Part shown: positions 30,571 through 32,000 of the stretch, one piece after another
How the letters are laid out: each line of letters begins with the position of its first letter
How positions within the stretch are numbered: position 1 is the stretch's first letter
Origin: Mycobacterium tuberculosis H37Rv
GTDB taxonomy: Bacteria > Actinomycetota > Actinomycetes > Mycobacteriales > Mycobacteriaceae
Assembly: GCF_000195955.2 (NCBI RefSeq)
Contig: NC_000962.3
Coordinates: forward strand, 3,600,001 to 3,632,000
Direction: 5' to 3'
DNA: 32,000 nucleotides
Program-made: the position numbers and the translations under genes
Notes under the pieces: generated by a model
Databases searched by the model: none
What the model saw: the letters and a program-made list of their open reading frames with translations, nothing else
Told to the model about the DNA's origin: nothing

Positions 30571-30738
30571 TTACCCTCCTATCTTTTCGAAATCGACCTT
30601 CTCGCGCACCGCGCAGTCCGGGCAGCACCAGTCGTCGGGAATTTGATCCCAGCCTGTGCCGGCTGGGAAGCCTTCCCTGGCATCACCGTTGGCCTCGTCG
30701 TAGACGTAGTCGCAGACCGGGCACCGGTAGGCGGCCAT
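30571..30738 (-). CDS. rubA: Rubredoxin RubA
   Basis: Translated by hand (below the ORF-track length cutoff): MAAYRCPVCDYVYDEANGDAREGFPAGTGWDQIPDDWCCPDCAVREKVDFEKIGG-stop. The start overlaps the alkB stop. Confidence 0.94.
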   Translation of the reverse strand: MAAYRCPVCDYVYDEANGDAREGFPAGTGWDQIPDDWCCPDCAVREKVDFEKIGG

Positions 30739-31988
30739 CATGCCGAGGCTCCGTAACGGGCGAGTGCCTTCTCCCGCACGCGCGGGTGCAGGTTAACCCG
30801 AGTGATATCGCCGCCGTAGTGCTCCAGCACCCGGTGATCCATTACCTTGCGCCACAACGGCGGGAAGTAGGTCAGCGAGATCATCGATGCATACCCACTG
30901 GGCAGGTTGGGCGCACCCGCCATGCTCCGCAGTGTCTGATAGCGGCGAGTGGGGTTGGCGTGGTGATCGCTGTGTCGCTGCAGGTGGTAGAGGAACAGGT
31001 TGGTGACGATGTGGTCGGAGTTCCAGCTGTGCACCGGGGCGCAGCGCTCGTAGCGGCCGTTGGCGCTCTTCTGCCGTAGCAGTCCGTAGTGTTCGAGGTA
31101 GTTGACGGCCTCTAACAGGCTGAAGCCGAAGACTGCCTGGATGATGACGAACGGGATCAGCGCCGGGCCGAAGACCGCGATCAGCCCACCCCACAACACC
31201 ACCGACATCAGCCACGCGTTGAGCACGTCGTTGCGCAGATACGTCATGGGATTCCAGGGGCTGACGCCGAGCCGACGCAGCCGTTGGGCCTCCAAATGAA
31301 CGGCCGAGCGCAAGCCGCCGATAACACTGCGGGGCAGGAACTCCCACAACGTCTCGCCGAACCGCGCCGACGCCGGGTCCTCCGGTGTGGACACCCGGAC
31401 GTGATGGCCACGGTTGTGCTCGATGTAGAAGTGCCCGTAGCAGGTCTGGGCGAGGGTGATCTTGGACAGCCACCGCTCCAGCGAATCCTTCTTGTGCCCC
31501 ATTTCGTGGGCGGTGTTGATACCGACGCCGCCAAGCACACCGACCGACAGCGCCACCCCAAGCTTGCCCGCCCAGCTCAAGGCGCCGTCAAAGCCGAGCC
31601 AACTGAGGTTTGCGGCGGTGAACAGGTATGCGCCCAGCACCACGCTGAGGTACTGGAACGGGATGTAGATGTAGGTGCAGTAGCGGTAGTACTTGTCATT
31701 CTCCAGCCGGTCGGTCACCTCGTCGGGCGGGTTCTGCCCGTCGGGCCCGAAGCGTAGGTCAAGAAGCGGCAACAAGACGTAGAGCAGGATCGGTCCGATC
31801 CACAGCGGCACCTGCGCGGCGGCGTGCCAGCCGAGCTGGTTCATCCCCCAGATCAGCGGCAGCATCACCACCAAGGCCGTCGGGGCGATGAGGCCCATAA
31901 GCCACAGGTAACGCTTCTTGTCCCGCCACTCCTCGACTTCGGGCGGCCGGGGGGCTTCGGGTCCACCAGAGCCGATTTGCGTGGTCAT
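30738..31988 (-). CDS. alkB: Alkane 1-monooxygenase (transmembrane AlkB-type)
   Basis: 416 aa with AlkB histidine boxes HEMGHKKD, EHNRGHHVRV, LQRHSDHH and the HYG-containing NYLEHYG. Confidence 0.96.
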   Translation of the reverse strand: MTTQIGSGGPEAPRPPEVEEWRDKKRYLWLMGLIAPTALVVMLPLIWGMNQLGWHAAAQVPLWIGPILLYVLLPLLDLRFGPDGQNPPDEVTDRLENDKYYRYCTYIYIPFQYLSVVLGAYLFTAANLSWLGFDGALSWAGKLGVALSVGVLGGVGINTAHEMGHKKDSLERWLSKITLAQTCYGHFYIEHNRGHHVRVSTPEDPASARFGETLWEFLPRSVIGGLRSAVHLEAQRLRRLGVSPWNPMTYLRNDVLNAWLMSVVLWGGLIAVFGPALIPFVIIQAVFGFSLLEAVNYLEHYGLLRQKSANGRYERCAPVHSWNSDHIVTNLFLYHLQRHSDHHANPTRRYQTLRSMAGAPNLPSGYASMISLTYFPPLWRKVMDHRVLEHYGGDITRVNLHPRVREKALARYGASA

Positions 31989-32000
31989 ATGCCAAACCTC

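Overview
This 32 kb window is core chromosome of a Mycobacterium tuberculosis-complex organism. Recognised from protein sequence and gene order, it matches the H37Rv segment Rv3224 to Rv3252c. I see about 29 intact or near-intact protein genes and no rRNA, tRNA, CRISPR array, prophage or IS element. Main blocks are: SDR oxidoreductase; decayed YbaK-like deacylase; GNAT+APH fusion; SRAP protein; aroA; rsgA; desA3 with its reductase; DUF6912-like protein; ppk2; split tgs3; DUF6459-like protein; kefB-type antiporter with RCK_C protein; NnrU/MddA-like methyltransferase; MFS-cNMP-patatin fusion; secA1; hpf; comF; DUF2993-like protein; lpqB-mtrB-mtrA; tmk; sahH; and alkX-rubB-rubA-alkB. I found no clearly new biological system. 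The most interesting signals are: (1) two copies of a 33-bp composite palindrome (TACG-N4-CGTA repeated at 15-bp pitch) upstream of the desA3 and desA3-reductase genes; (2) a prolyl-tRNA-editing (YbaK) gene broken by two frameshifts; (3) a wax-ester-synthase/DGAT gene (tgs3) split by an apparent frameshift, with a degenerate HHxxxDG motif; (4) a 23-bp perfect inverted repeat between sahH and tmk; (5) fused architectures GNAT+aminoglycoside phosphotransferase and MFS+cNMP+patatin. Coordinates come from the ORF track, with starts trimmed by inspection where a downstream start is better supported.
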